Source: Escherichia coli
GTDB taxonomy: Bacteria; Pseudomonadota; Gammaproteobacteria; Enterobacterales; Enterobacteriaceae
Strand: one strand, 5' to 3'
Assembly: GCF_017348835.2 (NCBI RefSeq)
Contig: NZ_CP071375.1
Length of the DNA stretch: 64,000 nt
In this document: one piece after another, positions 12,858 to 26,304 of the stretch
How positions within the stretch are numbered: the first letter of the stretch is position 1
How the letters are laid out: the number at the start of each line of letters is the position of its first letter
Notes under the pieces: model-generated
The model's database searches: none
Seen by the model: only the letters and a program-made list of their open reading frames with translations
What the model was told of the DNA's origin: nothing
Program-made: the position numbers and the translations under genes

Positions 12858-12933
12858 GGGTGATTAGCTCAGCTGGGAGAGCACCTCCCTTACAAGGAGG
12901 GGGTCGGCGGTTCGATCCCGTCATCACCCACCA
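12858..12933 (+). tRNA. valY: tRNA-Val (UAC)
   Basis: Identical 76-nt copy. Confidence 0.95.
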
Positions 12934-12937
12934 CTTC

Positions 12938-13013
12938 GGGTCGTTAGCTCAGTTGGTAGAGCAGTTGACTTTTAATCAATTGGTCGCAGGTTCGAATCCT
13001 GCACGACCCACCA
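12938..13013 (+). tRNA. lysV: tRNA-Lys (UUU)
   Basis: GGGTCGTTAGCTCAGTTGGTAGAGCAGTTGACTTTTAATCAATTGGTCGCAGGTTCGAATCCTGCACGACCCACCA. Confidence 0.95.
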
Positions 13014-13016
13014 ATG

Positions 13017-13045
13017 TAAAAAAGCGCCCTAAAGGCGCTTTTTTG
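13017..13045 (+). terminator. rho-independent terminator of the tRNA operon
   Basis: aaaaaaGCGCCctaaaGGCGCttttttgc. Confidence 0.8.
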
Positions 13046-13132
13046 CTATCTGCGATTTGTAAGATTGATTTTTCTTCTCAAGTTCCTTGTTCTTCTACCG
13101 ATATTACCTCGTACAGTGACGAGGACTGAACA

Positions 13133-13474
13133 ATGGCCACTATCTCTTCAACTTCAATTCCTTCCATACAAACACAGAGTAGTAACAGGGCATCACAAGG
13201 TAGCGATGTTGCTTCACAAATCGCGCGGATAAGTCAGCAAATCATCAAACTCACTCAACAAATTAAAGAGATTGTAGACACTAGCGGCAGTGCTGAAGAC
13301 AAGCAAAAACAGGCCGAATTGATTCAACAGCAAATCACCCTACTGGAAACACAACTGGCGCAGTTGCAGAGACAGCAGGCAGAAAAGGCGCAGGAGAAAG
13401 AGCAGCGTTTGTCTCTGAATGTATCCCTTCTAAATCCTGTTGAAAATACGACTCATATCGATATCTATATCTGA
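13133..13474 (+). CDS. FlxA-like Q-rich coiled-coil small protein
   Basis: 113-aa ORF with RBS GAGGA 6 nt upstream; low-complexity S/Q-rich N-terminus then heptad-like Q/L/K repeats ([10 protein letters not shown]...[22 protein letters not shown]); resembles the FlxA-like family from memory. Confidence 0.55.
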   Translation: MATISSTSIPSIQTQSSNRASQGSDVASQIARISQQIIKLTQQIKEIVDTSGSAEDKQKQAELIQQQITLLETQLAQLQRQQAEKAQEKEQRLSLNVSLLNPVENTTHIDIYI

Positions 13475-14391
13475 TACAACGGATCCCCTTCCCGCCCAGC
13501 CATTAGCGTATTGCCCTGGTCTCGTACCACGTCCCATAACGCTTCAGCGGCGGTGGAAAGTGAACGGTTTTTCCTGCGCACCAGCATCAACTGGCGTTCC
13601 ACCACCGGCGTAATGCGCTTTACCACCAGTGGGCTACCTTCAGGCAATGGTAGCGCCAGTGCGGGAAGAATACTGATGCCGATGCCTGCGGCTACCATCG
13701 GGAACAGCGTCGCCGGATGTCCAATCTCCTGCACAATATTCGCCTGAATACCATTGCGCGCCAGCGCTGCGTCAATCAGCGGTCGGCTGCCTGACGCGTA
13801 ATCCTGCAACACCAATTTCGCTCCCTGTAATGCCTGCCAGGGTACATAATCTTCCACGGCCAAAGCGCTATCGCGATGGCAAAGCAGAAAGAAAGGCTCG
13901 GAAAGAATCGCTTCACATTGCAGATCGCCCACTGGGCCTGGATCTATGACGATGCCAAAGTCGACATCTCCCTGGCGAATACTTTCAATCACCCACTGCT
14001 GCGGACGATCGTGCAGGACAAACTGAATATCTGGATAGCGGCGATGGCTTTCAGCAATGCATTGCGGAATAAGATGCGCGGAAATGGTCTGGCTGGCAGC
14101 GACCCGAACTTTTCCGCTCAGTTGTTGCCCCATACGCCCGGTATCGCGCAACGTGCTGTTAAGTTCATCCAGCAGTCGCTCAAGACGCAAAGCCAACTGC
14201 TGCCCTGCATCTGTAAGTACCACTTCACGCGTGGTTCTGTCCAGCAGGCGAACACCTGTATGATTTTCCAGCTCCTTCACACTGTGACTTACTGCCGACT
14301 GGCTCAGGCCGATACGCTCTCCTGCACGACTAAAACTTTTCTCCTGCGCTACTGTGACGAAAACCTTTAACTGTTTTAAAGAATAATTCAT
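13465..14391 (-). CDS. yfeR: LysR-family transcriptional regulator
   Basis: 308-aa [45 protein letters not shown]... (LysR HTH plus substrate-binding domain). Confidence 0.85.
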   Translation of the reverse strand: MNYSLKQLKVFVTVAQEKSFSRAGERIGLSQSAVSHSVKELENHTGVRLLDRTTREVVLTDAGQQLALRLERLLDELNSTLRDTGRMGQQLSGKVRVAASQTISAHLIPQCIAESHRRYPDIQFVLHDRPQQWVIESIRQGDVDFGIVIDPGPVGDLQCEAILSEPFFLLCHRDSALAVEDYVPWQALQGAKLVLQDYASGSRPLIDAALARNGIQANIVQEIGHPATLFPMVAAGIGISILPALALPLPEGSPLVVKRITPVVERQLMLVRRKNRSLSTAAEALWDVVRDQGNTLMAGREGDPLYQI

Positions 14392-14480
14392 CTGTTTTCT
14401 TCATGAATGGATGCAATAAATCAATTTTATTTCTCAAACTGGAAGAAGCACAATAGAACCATCGATCATCTGGAGTCTTT

Positions 14481-15479
14481 ATGAAACTTTTTCGTATCCT
14501 CGATCCTTTCACCTTAACCCTGATCACGGTGGTGTTGCTGGCCTCTTTCTTTCCGGCCAGAGGCGATTTCGTCCCCTTCTTTGAAAATCTGACCACCGCA
14601 GCTATTGCCCTGCTGTTCTTTATGCACGGCGCGAAGTTGTCGCGTGAGGCGATTATTGCTGGCGGTGGTCACTGGCGACTGCATTTGTGGGTAATGTGCA
14701 GCACCTTCGTGCTGTTTCCGATTCTGGGTGTACTGTTTGCCTGGTGGAAACCGGTAAATGTCGACCCGATGCTCTACTCCGGTTTTCTCTACTTGTGCAT
14801 TCTCCCGGCTACCGTGCAGTCTGCAATCGCCTTCACGTCAATGGCGGGCGGTAACGTCGCGGCGGCGGTTTGTTCTGCGTCGGCATCCAGCCTGCTGGGG
14901 ATTTTCCTTTCACCATTGCTGGTTGGCCTGGTGATGAATGTTCACGGTGCAGGGGGCAGCCTTGAGCAGGTCGGTAAAATTATGCTGCAACTGTTGCTGC
15001 CGTTTGTGTTGGGGCATCTTTCCCGGCCGTGGATTGGTGACTGGGTGTCGCGCAATAAAAAATGGATTGCGAAAACTGACCAGACGTCCATTCTGTTGGT
15101 GGTTTATACAGCGTTCAGCGAAGCCGTCGTTAATGGTATCTGGCATAAAGTTGGCTGGGGATCATTGCTGTTTATCGTGGTGGTCAGCTGCGTTCTTCTG
15201 GCTATCGTGATTGTAGTTAACGTCTTTATGGCACGCCGACTAGGCTTCAATAAAGCAGATGAAATTACTATCGTCTTTTGTGGTTCGAAAAAGAGTCTGG
15301 CAAATGGCATCCCGATGGCAAACATTCTGTTCCCCACATCGGTGATCGGTATGATGGTGCTGCCCCTGATGATTTTCCATCAGATCCAATTGATGGTCTG
15401 TGCGGTGCTGGCGCGGCGATACAAACGCCAGACCGAACAGTTACAGGCACAGCAGGAAAGCAGCACCGATAAAGCTTAA
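14481..15479 (+). CDS. yfeH: bile acid:sodium symporter (BASS)-family membrane protein
   Basis: 332-aa polytopic ORF, divergent from yfeR. Confidence 0.8.
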   Translation: MKLFRILDPFTLTLITVVLLASFFPARGDFVPFFENLTTAAIALLFFMHGAKLSREAIIAGGGHWRLHLWVMCSTFVLFPILGVLFAWWKPVNVDPMLYSGFLYLCILPATVQSAIAFTSMAGGNVAAAVCSASASSLLGIFLSPLLVGLVMNVHGAGGSLEQVGKIMLQLLLPFVLGHLSRPWIGDWVSRNKKWIAKTDQTSILLVVYTAFSEAVVNGIWHKVGWGSLLFIVVVSCVLLAIVIVVNVFMARRLGFNKADEITIVFCGSKKSLANGIPMANILFPTSVIGMMVLPLMIFHQIQLMVCAVLARRYKRQTEQLQAQQESSTDKA

Positions 15480-15694
15480 AGCGGACGCTTCAGGGGCTGG
15501 ACCAGTTGCGTCAGCCCCTCGGTTTTAATCAGCAGCGTGATTTGCATTAGCTCACCGAGCTTCCCTGCCGGGAACTCATCTTTGCGGGCAAACCACAGCA
15601 GATACTCCTCCGGCAGGTCGATTAAGCGACGCCCTTTGTATTTGCCAAACGGCATTATCGTATTGGCTATTTCAATCAGCTGCTCTTTTTCCAT
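15476..15694 (-). CDS. ypeB: DUF3820 small protein
   Basis: ORF 15476..15787 trimmed to MEKEQLIEIANTIMPFGKYKGRRLIDLPEEYLLWFARKDEF... start (ATG complement 15692-15694), directly downstream of ligA. Confidence 0.7.
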   Translation of the reverse strand: MEKEQLIEIANTIMPFGKYKGRRLIDLPEEYLLWFARKDEFPAGKLGELMQITLLIKTEGLTQLVQPLKRPL

Positions 15695-15695
15695 C

Positions 15696-17720
<2,025 letters not shown>

Positions 17721-17781
17721 TCAATGCTAAAAACCCCCGACAAGCGGGGGTTCGAAGAGGAGTTAATTTGCCTTAAGTGTA

Positions 17782-18780
17782 TCAGGCGTTGGCGTCTTTG
17801 ACTTCGCGGATGATGTCCTGGTACTCGCGCAATTTCTGCGGAGTCATCATACGGCGCTGATCGTCAAGCACGACACCGCCCACTTCATCGGCAATATGCT
17901 GCGCAGATTGCAGCATCAGCTTGAAGTTCTGCAGCTCGTCACCGTAAGACGGTACCTGCATAAAGATAGTGACACCCGGAGTAGTGAAATCCTTCATTTC
18001 AGGATCAAAGGTTCCCGGTTTCACCATATTCGCCAGGCTGAATAACGCCGGGCCGCTGCCATCCGGGCTAAGATGACGATGGTAAATATTCATATCGCCA
18101 AAAATGAAGCCCGCTTGTTGAATGCTGTTAAGAAGCAGTTCACCGTTTAGCTCGCTACCGTGATGCGCCGCGACGTTCATGATAATCACCGCTTCTTTGC
18201 GCTTCGGTTTATCCATAACTGGAGCCGGTTCCGCTACAGGCTCAGGCTGTGGTGCCGCTACGGGTTCTGCAGGCTGGAAAGCCTGTTGTGCCGGTTGCGG
18301 TGCTGAATGCACTGGCTGCGGCGCTGGCGCGACCTGTGGCGAAACTGGCTGCTGCAACGGCTGTTCAGGCTGCGGCTGATAGGCAGGCTGCTGCACGGGT
18401 TGCTGCACCGGCTGCGCTGGACGCGGAGCATGTTGCGGCGGTACCTGCGCTTCAGGCGGCTGCTGGACCGGTTGACGCGGCTGCGCAGACGCATAAGGCG
18501 GTTGGTACTGGTGTTGCGGCGACGGACGAGCAGCCTCATGCTCCTGGGCATTAGCCGGGGCATGATTCACGCGGTGAACACGAACCTCACCAACGCCCTC
18601 ATCATCTTCGACATCCTCGTCATAAGAATCGTCGTCACGTTTTGACTTCATTCGTTTTAATGGCCGATCGCGGAACATAGAAGATCGTTCTTTACGGCTG
18701 GTCCAGAAACCATGTACCAGTAAAGCGATTATGGCGATCGCGCCAACAATGATTAATATCAGACGCAAATCCTGCATCAT
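17782..18780 (-). CDS. zipA: cell-division protein ZipA
   Basis: ORF trimmed to [26 protein letters not shown]... (N-terminal TM anchor), long P/Q-rich linker, FtsZ-binding C-terminal domain. Confidence 0.9.
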
Positions 18781-19009
18781 TATATTCTCTGTTGTTCTAA
18801 CACCTTGCCACCACGGCAAACATTTACTCACTAAGAGTATTTGCCGATTACCTCAAGTGCAAGTGCACTATTAACTTTCACAGCACAAAGATAGATGAAA
18901 TCGTGCTTTTTGCTGTTTTTTCGAACATATCCTAACTGTCCATTGCGCAATTACCCGGTAAAATACGCACAATTTTCCTGGGATTGGTCAAAAGGAGCTC
19001 ATCCTGATT

Positions 19010-19771
19010 ATGGTTTCATCATTCACATCTGCCCCACGCAGCGGTTTTTACTATTTTGCGCAAGGCTGGAAGCTCGTCTCGCAACCTGGGATTCGGCGTT
19101 TCGTTATTTTACCGCTGCTGGTCAATATTTTGTTGATGGGGGGCGCATTCTGGTGGCTCTTTACGCAACTCGATGTCTGGATCCCGACTCTCATGAGTTA
19201 TGTTCCGGACTGGTTACAATGGCTGAGCTATCTGTTGTGGCCTCTGGCTGTCATCTCTGTGCTGTTAGTGTTTGGCTATTTCTTCTCCACGATTGCTAAC
19301 TGGATTGCCGCTCCGTTTAACGGTTTATTGGCTGAACAACTGGAAGCACGATTGACTGGCGCTACACCGCCAGATACCGGGATTTTCGGTATCATGAAAG
19401 ATGTGCCGCGAATCATGAAACGCGAATGGCAAAAATTTGCCTGGTATCTGCCGCGCGCAATTGTATTACTAATTCTTTACTTCATCCCTGGTATTGGGCA
19501 AACCGTCGCGCCGGTACTGTGGTTCCTGTTTAGCGCCTGGATGTTAGCCATCCAGTATTGCGATTACCCCTTCGATAACCACAAAGTGCCGTTTAAAGAG
19601 ATGCGCACCGCCCTGCGCACACGCAAAATCACCAATATGCAGTTTGGTGCTTTAACCAGCCTGTTTACGATGATCCCGCTGCTTAATCTGTTCATCATGC
19701 CCGTTGCCGTTTGTGGCGCGACGGCGATGTGGGTCGATTGCTATCGCGATAAACACGCGATGTGGCGGTAA
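19010..19771 (+). CDS. cysZ: sulfate transporter CysZ
   Basis: 253-aa membrane ORF; conserved neighbour of cysK. Confidence 0.9.
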
Positions 19772-19955
19772 CAATCTACCGGTTATTTTGTAAACCGTTT
19801 GTGTGAAACAGGGGTGGCTTATGCCGCCCCTTATTCCATCTTGCATGTCATTATTTCCCTTCTGTATATAGATATGCTAAATCCTTACTTCCGCATATTC
19901 TCTGAGCGGGTATGCTACCTGTTGTATCCCAATTTCATACAGTTAAGGACAGGCC

Positions 19956-20927
19956 ATGAGTAAGATTTTTGAAGATAACTCGCTGACTATCGGTCACACG
20001 CCGCTGGTTCGCCTGAATCGCATCGGTAACGGACGCATTCTGGCGAAGGTGGAATCTCGTAACCCCAGCTTCAGCGTTAAGTGCCGTATCGGTGCCAACA
20101 TGATTTGGGATGCCGAAAAGCGCGGCGTGCTGAAACCAGGCGTTGAACTGGTTGAACCGACCAGCGGTAATACCGGGATTGCACTGGCCTATGTAGCTGC
20201 CGCTCGCGGTTACAAACTCACCCTGACCATGCCAGAAACCATGAGTATTGAACGCCGCAAGCTGCTGAAAGCGTTAGGTGCAAACCTGGTGCTGACCGAA
20301 GGTGCTAAAGGCATGAAAGGCGCAATCCAAAAAGCAGAAGAAATTGTCGCCAGCAATCCAGAGAAATACCTGCTGCTGCAACAATTCAGCAATCCGGCAA
20401 ACCCTGAAATTCACGAAAAAACCACCGGTCCGGAGATCTGGGAAGATACCGACGGTCAGGTTGATGTATTTATTGCTGGCGTTGGGACTGGCGGTACGCT
20501 GACCGGCGTCAGCCGCTACATTAAAGGCACCAAAGGCAAGACCGATCTTATCTCTGTCGCCGTTGAGCCAACCGATTCTCCAGTTATCGCCCAGGCGCTG
20601 GCAGGTGAAGAGATTAAACCTGGCCCGCATAAAATTCAGGGTATTGGCGCTGGTTTTATCCCGGCTAACCTCGATCTCAAGCTGATCGATAAAGTCATTG
20701 GCATTACCAATGAAGAAGCCATTTCTACCGCGCGTCGTCTGATGGAAGAAGAAGGTATTCTTGCAGGTATCTCTTCTGGAGCAGCTGTTGCTGCGGCGTT
20801 GAAACTACAAGAAGATGAAAGCTTTACCAACAAGAATATTGTGGTTATTCTACCGTCATCGGGTGAGCGTTATTTAAGCACCGCATTGTTTGCCGATCTC
20901 TTCACTGAGAAAGAACTGCAACAGTAA
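19956..20927 (+). CDS. cysK: cysteine synthase A (O-acetylserine sulfhydrylase A)
   Basis: 323-aa [27 protein letters not shown]... with PLP-lysine motif (SVKCRIG) and glycine-rich loop. Confidence 0.95.
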   Translation: MSKIFEDNSLTIGHTPLVRLNRIGNGRILAKVESRNPSFSVKCRIGANMIWDAEKRGVLKPGVELVEPTSGNTGIALAYVAAARGYKLTLTMPETMSIERRKLLKALGANLVLTEGAKGMKGAIQKAEEIVASNPEKYLLLQQFSNPANPEIHEKTTGPEIWEDTDGQVDVFIAGVGTGGTLTGVSRYIKGTKGKTDLISVAVEPTDSPVIAQALAGEEIKPGPHKIQGIGAGFIPANLDLKLIDKVIGITNEEAISTARRLMEEEGILAGISSGAAVAAALKLQEDESFTNKNIVVILPSSGERYLSTALFADLFTEKELQQ

Positions 20928-20947
20928 TGCCAGCTTGTTAAAAATGC

Positions 20948-20981
20948 GTAAAAAAGCACCTTTTTAGGTGCTTTTTTGTGG
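20948..20981 (+). terminator. rho-independent terminator after cysK
   Basis: aaaaaaGCACCtttttaGGTGCttttttgtgg. Confidence 0.8.
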
Positions 20982-21059
20982 CCTGCTTCAAACTTTCGCC
21001 CCTCCTGGCATTGATTCAGCCTGTCGGAACTGGTATTTAACCAGACTAATTATTTTGAT

Positions 21060-21300
21060 GCGCGAAATTAATCGTTACAGGAAAAGCCAAAGCTGAATCG
21101 ATTTTATGATTTGGTTCAATTCTTCCTTTAGCGGCATAATGTTTAATGACGTACGAAACGTCAGCGGTCAACACCCGCCAGCAATGGACTGTATTGCGCT
21201 CTTCGTGCGTCGCGTCTGTTAAAAACTGGCGCTAACAATACAGGCTAAAGTCGAACCGCCAGGCTAGACTTTAGTTCCACAACACTAAACCTATAAGTTG
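21060..21300 (+). promoter_or_regulatory. ptsH promoter region (CRP-site-like element and -10-like element)
   Basis: tatgatttggttcaa resembles a CRP half-site pair; cataat -10-like element; exact promoter assignments not resolved by eye. Confidence 0.4.
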
Positions 21301-21310
21301 GGGAAATACA

Positions 21311-21568
21311 ATGTTCCAGCAAGAAGTTACCATTACCGCTCCGAACGGTCTGCACACCCGCCCTGCTGCCCAGTTTGTAAAAGAAGCTAAGGGCTTCACT
21401 TCTGAAATTACTGTGACTTCCAACGGCAAAAGCGCCAGCGCGAAAAGCCTGTTTAAACTGCAGACTCTGGGCCTGACTCAAGGTACCGTTGTGACTATCT
21501 CCGCAGAAGGCGAAGACGAGCAGAAAGCGGTTGAACATCTGGTTAAACTGATGGCGGAACTCGAGTAA
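21311..21568 (+). CDS. ptsH: phosphocarrier protein HPr
   Basis: 85-aa [26 protein letters not shown]... (active His15 motif). Confidence 0.97.
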
Positions 21569-21612
21569 TTTCCCGGGTTCTTTTAAAAATCAGTCACAAG
21601 TAAGGTAGGGTT

Positions 21613-23340
21613 ATGATTTCAGGCATTTTAGCATCCCCGGGTATCGCTTTCGGTAAAGCTCTGCTTCTGAAAGAAGACGAAATTGTCATTGACCGGAAAA
21701 AAATTTCTGCCGACCAGGTTGATCAGGAAGTTGAACGTTTTCTGAGCGGTCGTGCCAAGGCATCAGCCCAGCTGGAAACGATCAAAACGAAAGCTGGTGA
21801 AACGTTCGGTGAAGAAAAAGAAGCCATCTTTGAAGGGCATATTATGCTGCTCGAAGATGAGGAGCTGGAGCAGGAAATCATAGCCCTGATTAAAGATAAG
21901 CACATGACAGCTGACGCAGCTGCTCATGAAGTTATCGAAGGTCAGGCTTCTGCCCTGGAAGAGCTGGATGATGAATACCTGAAAGAACGTGCGGCTGACG
22001 TACGTGATATCGGTAAGCGCCTGCTGCGCAACATCCTGGGCCTGAAGATTATCGACCTGAGCGCCATTCAGGATGAAGTCATTCTGGTTGCCGCTGACCT
22101 GACGCCGTCCGAAACCGCACAGCTGAACCTGAAGAAGGTGCTGGGTTTCATCACCGACGCGGGTGGCCGTACTTCCCACACCTCTATCATGGCGCGTTCT
22201 CTGGAACTACCTGCTATCGTGGGTACCGGTAGCGTCACCTCTCAGGTGAAAAATGACGACTATCTGATTCTGGATGCCGTAAATAATCAGGTTTACGTCA
22301 ATCCAACCAACGAAGTTATTGATAAAATGCGCGCTGTTCAGGAGCAAGTGGCTTCTGAAAAAGCAGAGCTTGCTAAACTGAAAGATCTGCCAGCTATTAC
22401 GCTGGACGGTCACCAGGTAGAAGTATGCGCTAACATTGGTACGGTTCGTGACGTTGAAGGTGCAGAGCGTAACGGCGCTGAAGGCGTTGGTCTGTATCGT
22501 ACTGAGTTCCTGTTCATGGACCGCGACGCGCTGCCCACTGAAGAAGAACAGTTTGCTGCTTACAAAGCAGTGGCTGAAGCGTGTGGCTCGCAGGCGGTTA
22601 TCGTTCGTACCATGGACATCGGCGGCGACAAAGAGCTGCCATACATGAACTTCCCGAAAGAAGAGAACCCGTTCCTCGGCTGGCGCGCTATCCGTATCGC
22701 AATGGATCGTAAAGAGATCCTGCGCGATCAGCTCCGCGCTATCCTGCGTGCCTCGGCTTTCGGTAAATTGCGCATTATGTTCCCGATGATCATCTCTGTT
22801 GAAGAAGTGCGTGCACTGCGCAAAGAGATCGAAATCTACAAACAGGAACTGCGCGACGAAGGTAAAGCGTTTGACGAGTCAATTGAAATCGGCGTAATGG
22901 TGGAAACACCGGCTGCCGCAACAATTGCACGTCATTTAGCCAAAGAAGTTGATTTCTTTAGTATCGGCACCAATGATTTAACGCAGTACACTCTGGCAGT
23001 TGACCGTGGTAATGATATGATTTCACACCTTTACCAGCCAATGTCACCGTCCGTGCTGAACTTGATCAAGCAAGTTATTGATGCTTCTCATGCTGAAGGC
23101 AAATGGACTGGCATGTGTGGTGAGCTTGCTGGCGATGAACGTGCTACACTTCTGTTGCTGGGGATGGGTCTGGACGAATTCTCTATGAGCGCCATTTCTA
23201 TCCCGCGCATTAAGAAGATTATCCGTAACACGAACTTCGAAGATGCGAAGGTGTTAGCAGAGCAGGCTCTTGCTCAACCGACAACGGACGAGTTAATGAC
23301 GCTGGTTAACAAGTTCATTGAAGAAAAAACAATCTGCTAA
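21613..23340 (+). CDS. ptsI: PTS enzyme I (PEP-protein phosphotransferase)
   Basis: 575-aa [22 protein letters not shown]... with [15 protein letters not shown] phospho-His motif. Confidence 0.97.
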   Translation: MISGILASPGIAFGKALLLKEDEIVIDRKKISADQVDQEVERFLSGRAKASAQLETIKTKAGETFGEEKEAIFEGHIMLLEDEELEQEIIALIKDKHMTADAAAHEVIEGQASALEELDDEYLKERAADVRDIGKRLLRNILGLKIIDLSAIQDEVILVAADLTPSETAQLNLKKVLGFITDAGGRTSHTSIMARSLELPAIVGTGSVTSQVKNDDYLILDAVNNQVYVNPTNEVIDKMRAVQEQVASEKAELAKLKDLPAITLDGHQVEVCANIGTVRDVEGAERNGAEGVGLYRTEFLFMDRDALPTEEEQFAAYKAVAEACGSQAVIVRTMDIGGDKELPYMNFPKEENPFLGWRAIRIAMDRKEILRDQLRAILRASAFGKLRIMFPMIISVEEVRALRKEIEIYKQELRDEGKAFDESIEIGVMVETPAAATIARHLAKEVDFFSIGTNDLTQYTLAVDRGNDMISHLYQPMSPSVLNLIKQVIDASHAEGKWTGMCGELAGDERATLLLLGMGLDEFSMSAISIPRIKKIIRNTNFEDAKVLAEQALAQPTTDELMTLVNKFIEEKTIC

Positions 23341-23380
23341 TCCACGAGATGCGGCCCAATTTACTGCTTAGGAGAAGATC

Positions 23381-23890
23381 ATGGGTTTGTTCGATAAACT
23401 GAAATCTCTGGTTTCCGACGACAAGAAGGATACCGGAACTATTGAGATCATTGCTCCGCTCTCTGGCGAGATCGTCAATATCGAAGACGTGCCGGATGTC
23501 GTTTTTGCGGAAAAAATCGTTGGTGATGGTATTGCTATCAAACCAACGGGTAACAAAATGGTCGCGCCTGTAGACGGTACCATTGGTAAAATCTTTGAAA
23601 CCAACCACGCATTCTCTATCGAATCTGATAGCGGCGTTGAACTGTTCGTCCACTTCGGTATCGACACCGTTGAACTGAAAGGCGAAGGCTTCAAGCGTAT
23701 TGCTGAAGAAGGTCAGCGCGTGAAAGTTGGCGATACTGTCATTGAATTTGATCTGCCGCTGCTGGAAGAGAAAGCCAAGTCTACCCTGACTCCGGTTGTT
23801 ATCTCCAACATGGACGAAATCAAAGAACTGATCAAACTGTCCGGTAGCGTAACCGTGGGTGAAACCCCGGTTATCCGCATCAAGAAGTAA
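23381..23890 (+). CDS. crr: PTS glucose-specific EIIA component
   Basis: 169-aa [42 protein letters not shown]... Confidence 0.97.
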
Positions 23891-23904
23891 TTCTTGCCGC
23901 AGTG

Positions 23905-23933
23905 AAAAATGGCGCCCATCGGCGCCATTTTTT
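23905..23933. terminator. bidirectional rho-independent terminator (crr / pdxK)
   Basis: aaaaaTGGCGCCcatcGGCGCCAttttttt. Confidence 0.8.
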
Positions 23934-24784
23934 TATGCTTCCGCCAGCGGCGGCAAAATCAATTCATCGCTCTCATGCTGCTGGGTGTAGCGCATCACTT
24001 CCAGTACGCGCAACCCCGCTCGGTGCACTGCATCGGTTAACGCCTTCCCTTTCAGCAAACCACTGATAAGCTGAGCACAAAACAGGTCGCCAGTCCCTTT
24101 CAGGTCGGTTTTTACCCGTGAATGGGAAATGACATTCACGCTGTCGGCAGTGACCACCACCACCTGCATCTCCTGATTTTCTTCATTACCGGAGGCGCTG
24201 GTAATCACCACCCATTTTAATGTGTCTGAAAGCAGACTTTTTGCGGCAGCAATGGCACTGTCGAGATCGCGGCAATTTTTACCGGTCAGGATTTCCAGCT
24301 CAAAGATATTGGGGGTAATTCCCTGCGCTAGTGGCAGTAAATATTGTCGATACGCCTCGGGAAGGTCAGGTTTGACATAAATTCCGCTATCAATATCGCC
24401 AATCACCGGATCGACCATGATCAATAGGTCAGGATGGTCTTTGCGTAGCGCAGTCAGCCACTCGGCAAGGATTTTGATTTGCGATGCCGTTCCCATATAG
24501 CCCGTGGTTACAGCTCGAAGTTGGCGCAGCGCATCACGCTCCTGAAGCGCACGCAAATAGCCGCTAAACCATTCGTCCGGAATCGCACCACCGTAGAAAG
24601 TGTCATAATGCGGCGTATTGCTCAGCAATACCGTCGGCACGGCAAAGACATTCAGACCGTTCTGTTTGATAGCAGGCACCGCAATGCTGTTGCCTACGCT
24701 GCCGTACACTACCTGCGACTGCACGGCGACGATATCCGCCTGCAGTGCCCTGCTCTTATCGTTAAACAACAACAAACTACTCAT
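23933..24784 (-). CDS. pdxK: pyridoxal/pyridoxine/pyridoxamine kinase
   Basis: 283-aa ORF; PfkB-family ribokinase-like fold motifs (DPVIGD, GTGD). Confidence 0.9.
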   Translation of the reverse strand: MSSLLLFNDKSRALQADIVAVQSQVVYGSVGNSIAVPAIKQNGLNVFAVPTVLLSNTPHYDTFYGGAIPDEWFSGYLRALQERDALRQLRAVTTGYMGTASQIKILAEWLTALRKDHPDLLIMVDPVIGDIDSGIYVKPDLPEAYRQYLLPLAQGITPNIFELEILTGKNCRDLDSAIAAAKSLLSDTLKWVVITSASGNEENQEMQVVVVTADSVNVISHSRVKTDLKGTGDLFCAQLISGLLKGKALTDAVHRAGLRVLEVMRYTQQHESDELILPPLAEA

Positions 24785-24797
24785 TTAATTTTTTCTC

Positions 24798-24863
<66 letters not shown>

Positions 24864-24888
24864 CACAAAACAAGGATAAGGTAATTCA

Positions 24889-25257
24889 ATGAAGAAAATC
24901 ATTTGTCTGGTCATTACACTACTAATGACACTCCCCGCTTACGCGAAGTTAACTGCCCATGAAGAAGCCCGCATCAACGCCATGCTGGAGGGATTAGCAC
25001 AGAAAAAGGATTTGATATTTGTGCGCAACGGTGATGAACATACCTGCGATGAAGCGGTTTCTCATCTGCGTCTGAAGCTCGGCAATACCCGTAACCGCAT
25101 TAACACTGCCGAGCAGTTTATTGATAAGGTTGCTTCGTCATCATCGATTACCGGGAAGCCGTATATCGTGAAGATGCCCGGTAAGAGCGATGAGAATGCA
25201 CAGCCTTTTTTACATGCGTTAATTGCGCAGACGGATAAAACGGTGCCTGCGCAATAA
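24889..25257 (+). CDS. yfeK: secreted DUF5329-family small protein
   Basis: 122-aa ORF with signal peptide [19 protein letters not shown]. Confidence 0.75.
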   Translation: MKKIICLVITLLMTLPAYAKLTAHEEARINAMLEGLAQKKDLIFVRNGDEHTCDEAVSHLRLKLGNTRNRINTAEQFIDKVASSSSITGKPYIVKMPGKSDENAQPFLHALIAQTDKTVPAQ

Positions 25258-25259
25258 TC

Positions 25260-26171
25260 TTAAATCCCCGCCCCCTGACTAAAATGCTCTTCCCCAAACA
25301 CCCCGGTGGAAAGGTAGCGATCGCCACGATCGCAGATGATCGCTACCACCACCGCACCAGGGTTAGCTTTTGCCACCCGCAGTGCTCCAGCAACCGCGCC
25401 GCCGGAGCTGACGCCACAGAATATTCCTTCCCGCACTGCCAGTTCGCGCATGGTGTTTTCCGCATCGCGCTGATGAATATCCAGCACCTCATCCATCAGC
25501 GAAGCGTTGAAAATCCCCGGCAGATATTCCGCAGGCCAGCGGCGAATGCCGGGAATGCTGCTGCCCTCTTCCGGTTGCAGGCCGACAATGGTCACCGGTT
25601 TGGATTGTTCGCGCATAAAGCGTGACACGCCGGTGATAGTGCCGGTTGTTCCCATGCTGGAGACAAAATGGGTAATGCGCCCGCCAGTTTGCTGCCAGAT
25701 TTCCGGCCCGGTAGTGGTGTAATGGGCGTAAGGGTTATCGGGATTATTGAACTGATCGAGCAGCTTTCCTTCACCACGATTCGCCATCTCCAGCGCCAGA
25801 TCGCGCGCACCTTCCATGCCCTGCTCTTTGGTGACAAGAATCAGTTCCGCACCATAAGCACGCATCGCCGCACGGCGTTCCTGGCTCATGTTGTCGGGCA
25901 TCAGCAATTTCATGCGATAGCCTTTAAGCGCGGCAATCATTGCCAGCGCAATGCCGGTGTTACCACTGGTGGCTTCGATTAACACATCACCCGGTTTAAT
26001 TTCCCCGCGCTTTTCCGCCTCGACGATCATCGAAAGCGCCGCACGATCTTTTACCGAACCTGCCGGGTTATTGCCTTCCAGTTTCAACCACACTTCACTG
26101 CCGTTATTCGGCCCCATTCGCTGCAACTTCACCAGAGGTGTATTGCCAATTGTTTGTTCTAATGTACTCAC
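25260..26171 (-). CDS. cysM: cysteine synthase B (O-acetylserine sulfhydrylase B)
   Basis: ORF 25260..26249 trimmed to GTG start giving (M)STLEQTIGNTPLVKLQRMG...; PLP-lysine motif SVKDR. Confidence 0.9.
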   Translation of the reverse strand: MSTLEQTIGNTPLVKLQRMGPNNGSEVWLKLEGNNPAGSVKDRAALSMIVEAEKRGEIKPGDVLIEATSGNTGIALAMIAALKGYRMKLLMPDNMSQERRAAMRAYGAELILVTKEQGMEGARDLALEMANRGEGKLLDQFNNPDNPYAHYTTTGPEIWQQTGGRITHFVSSMGTTGTITGVSRFMREQSKPVTIVGLQPEEGSSIPGIRRWPAEYLPGIFNASLMDEVLDIHQRDAENTMRELAVREGIFCGVSSGGAVAGALRVAKANPGAVVVAIICDRGDRYLSTGVFGEEHFSQGAGI

Positions 26172-26194
26172 GATCTCTATCCATACGTGGTGTT

Positions 26195-26245
26195 GCCTGA
26201 TGCGACGCTTGCGCGTCTTATCAGGCCTACAGGTTACAAACCTTG
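26195..26245. repeat. REP element
   Basis: gcctgatgcgacgcttgcgcgtcttatcaggcctac palindromic unit between cysM and cysA. Confidence 0.75.
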
Positions 26246-26304
26246 CCATTAAAAAGCCCGGATCGCGGGAAGCGCCTCCGGGCGTTTAACATTCACTCAA
26301 CCTA

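Noticed and set aside
18179-18645. Repetitive sequence and multiple overlapping ORFs in 18,180-18,650
   Set aside because: This is the P/Q-rich linker region of zipA read in other frames and strands; it is a coding low-complexity repeat, not a mobile repeat or CRISPR array.
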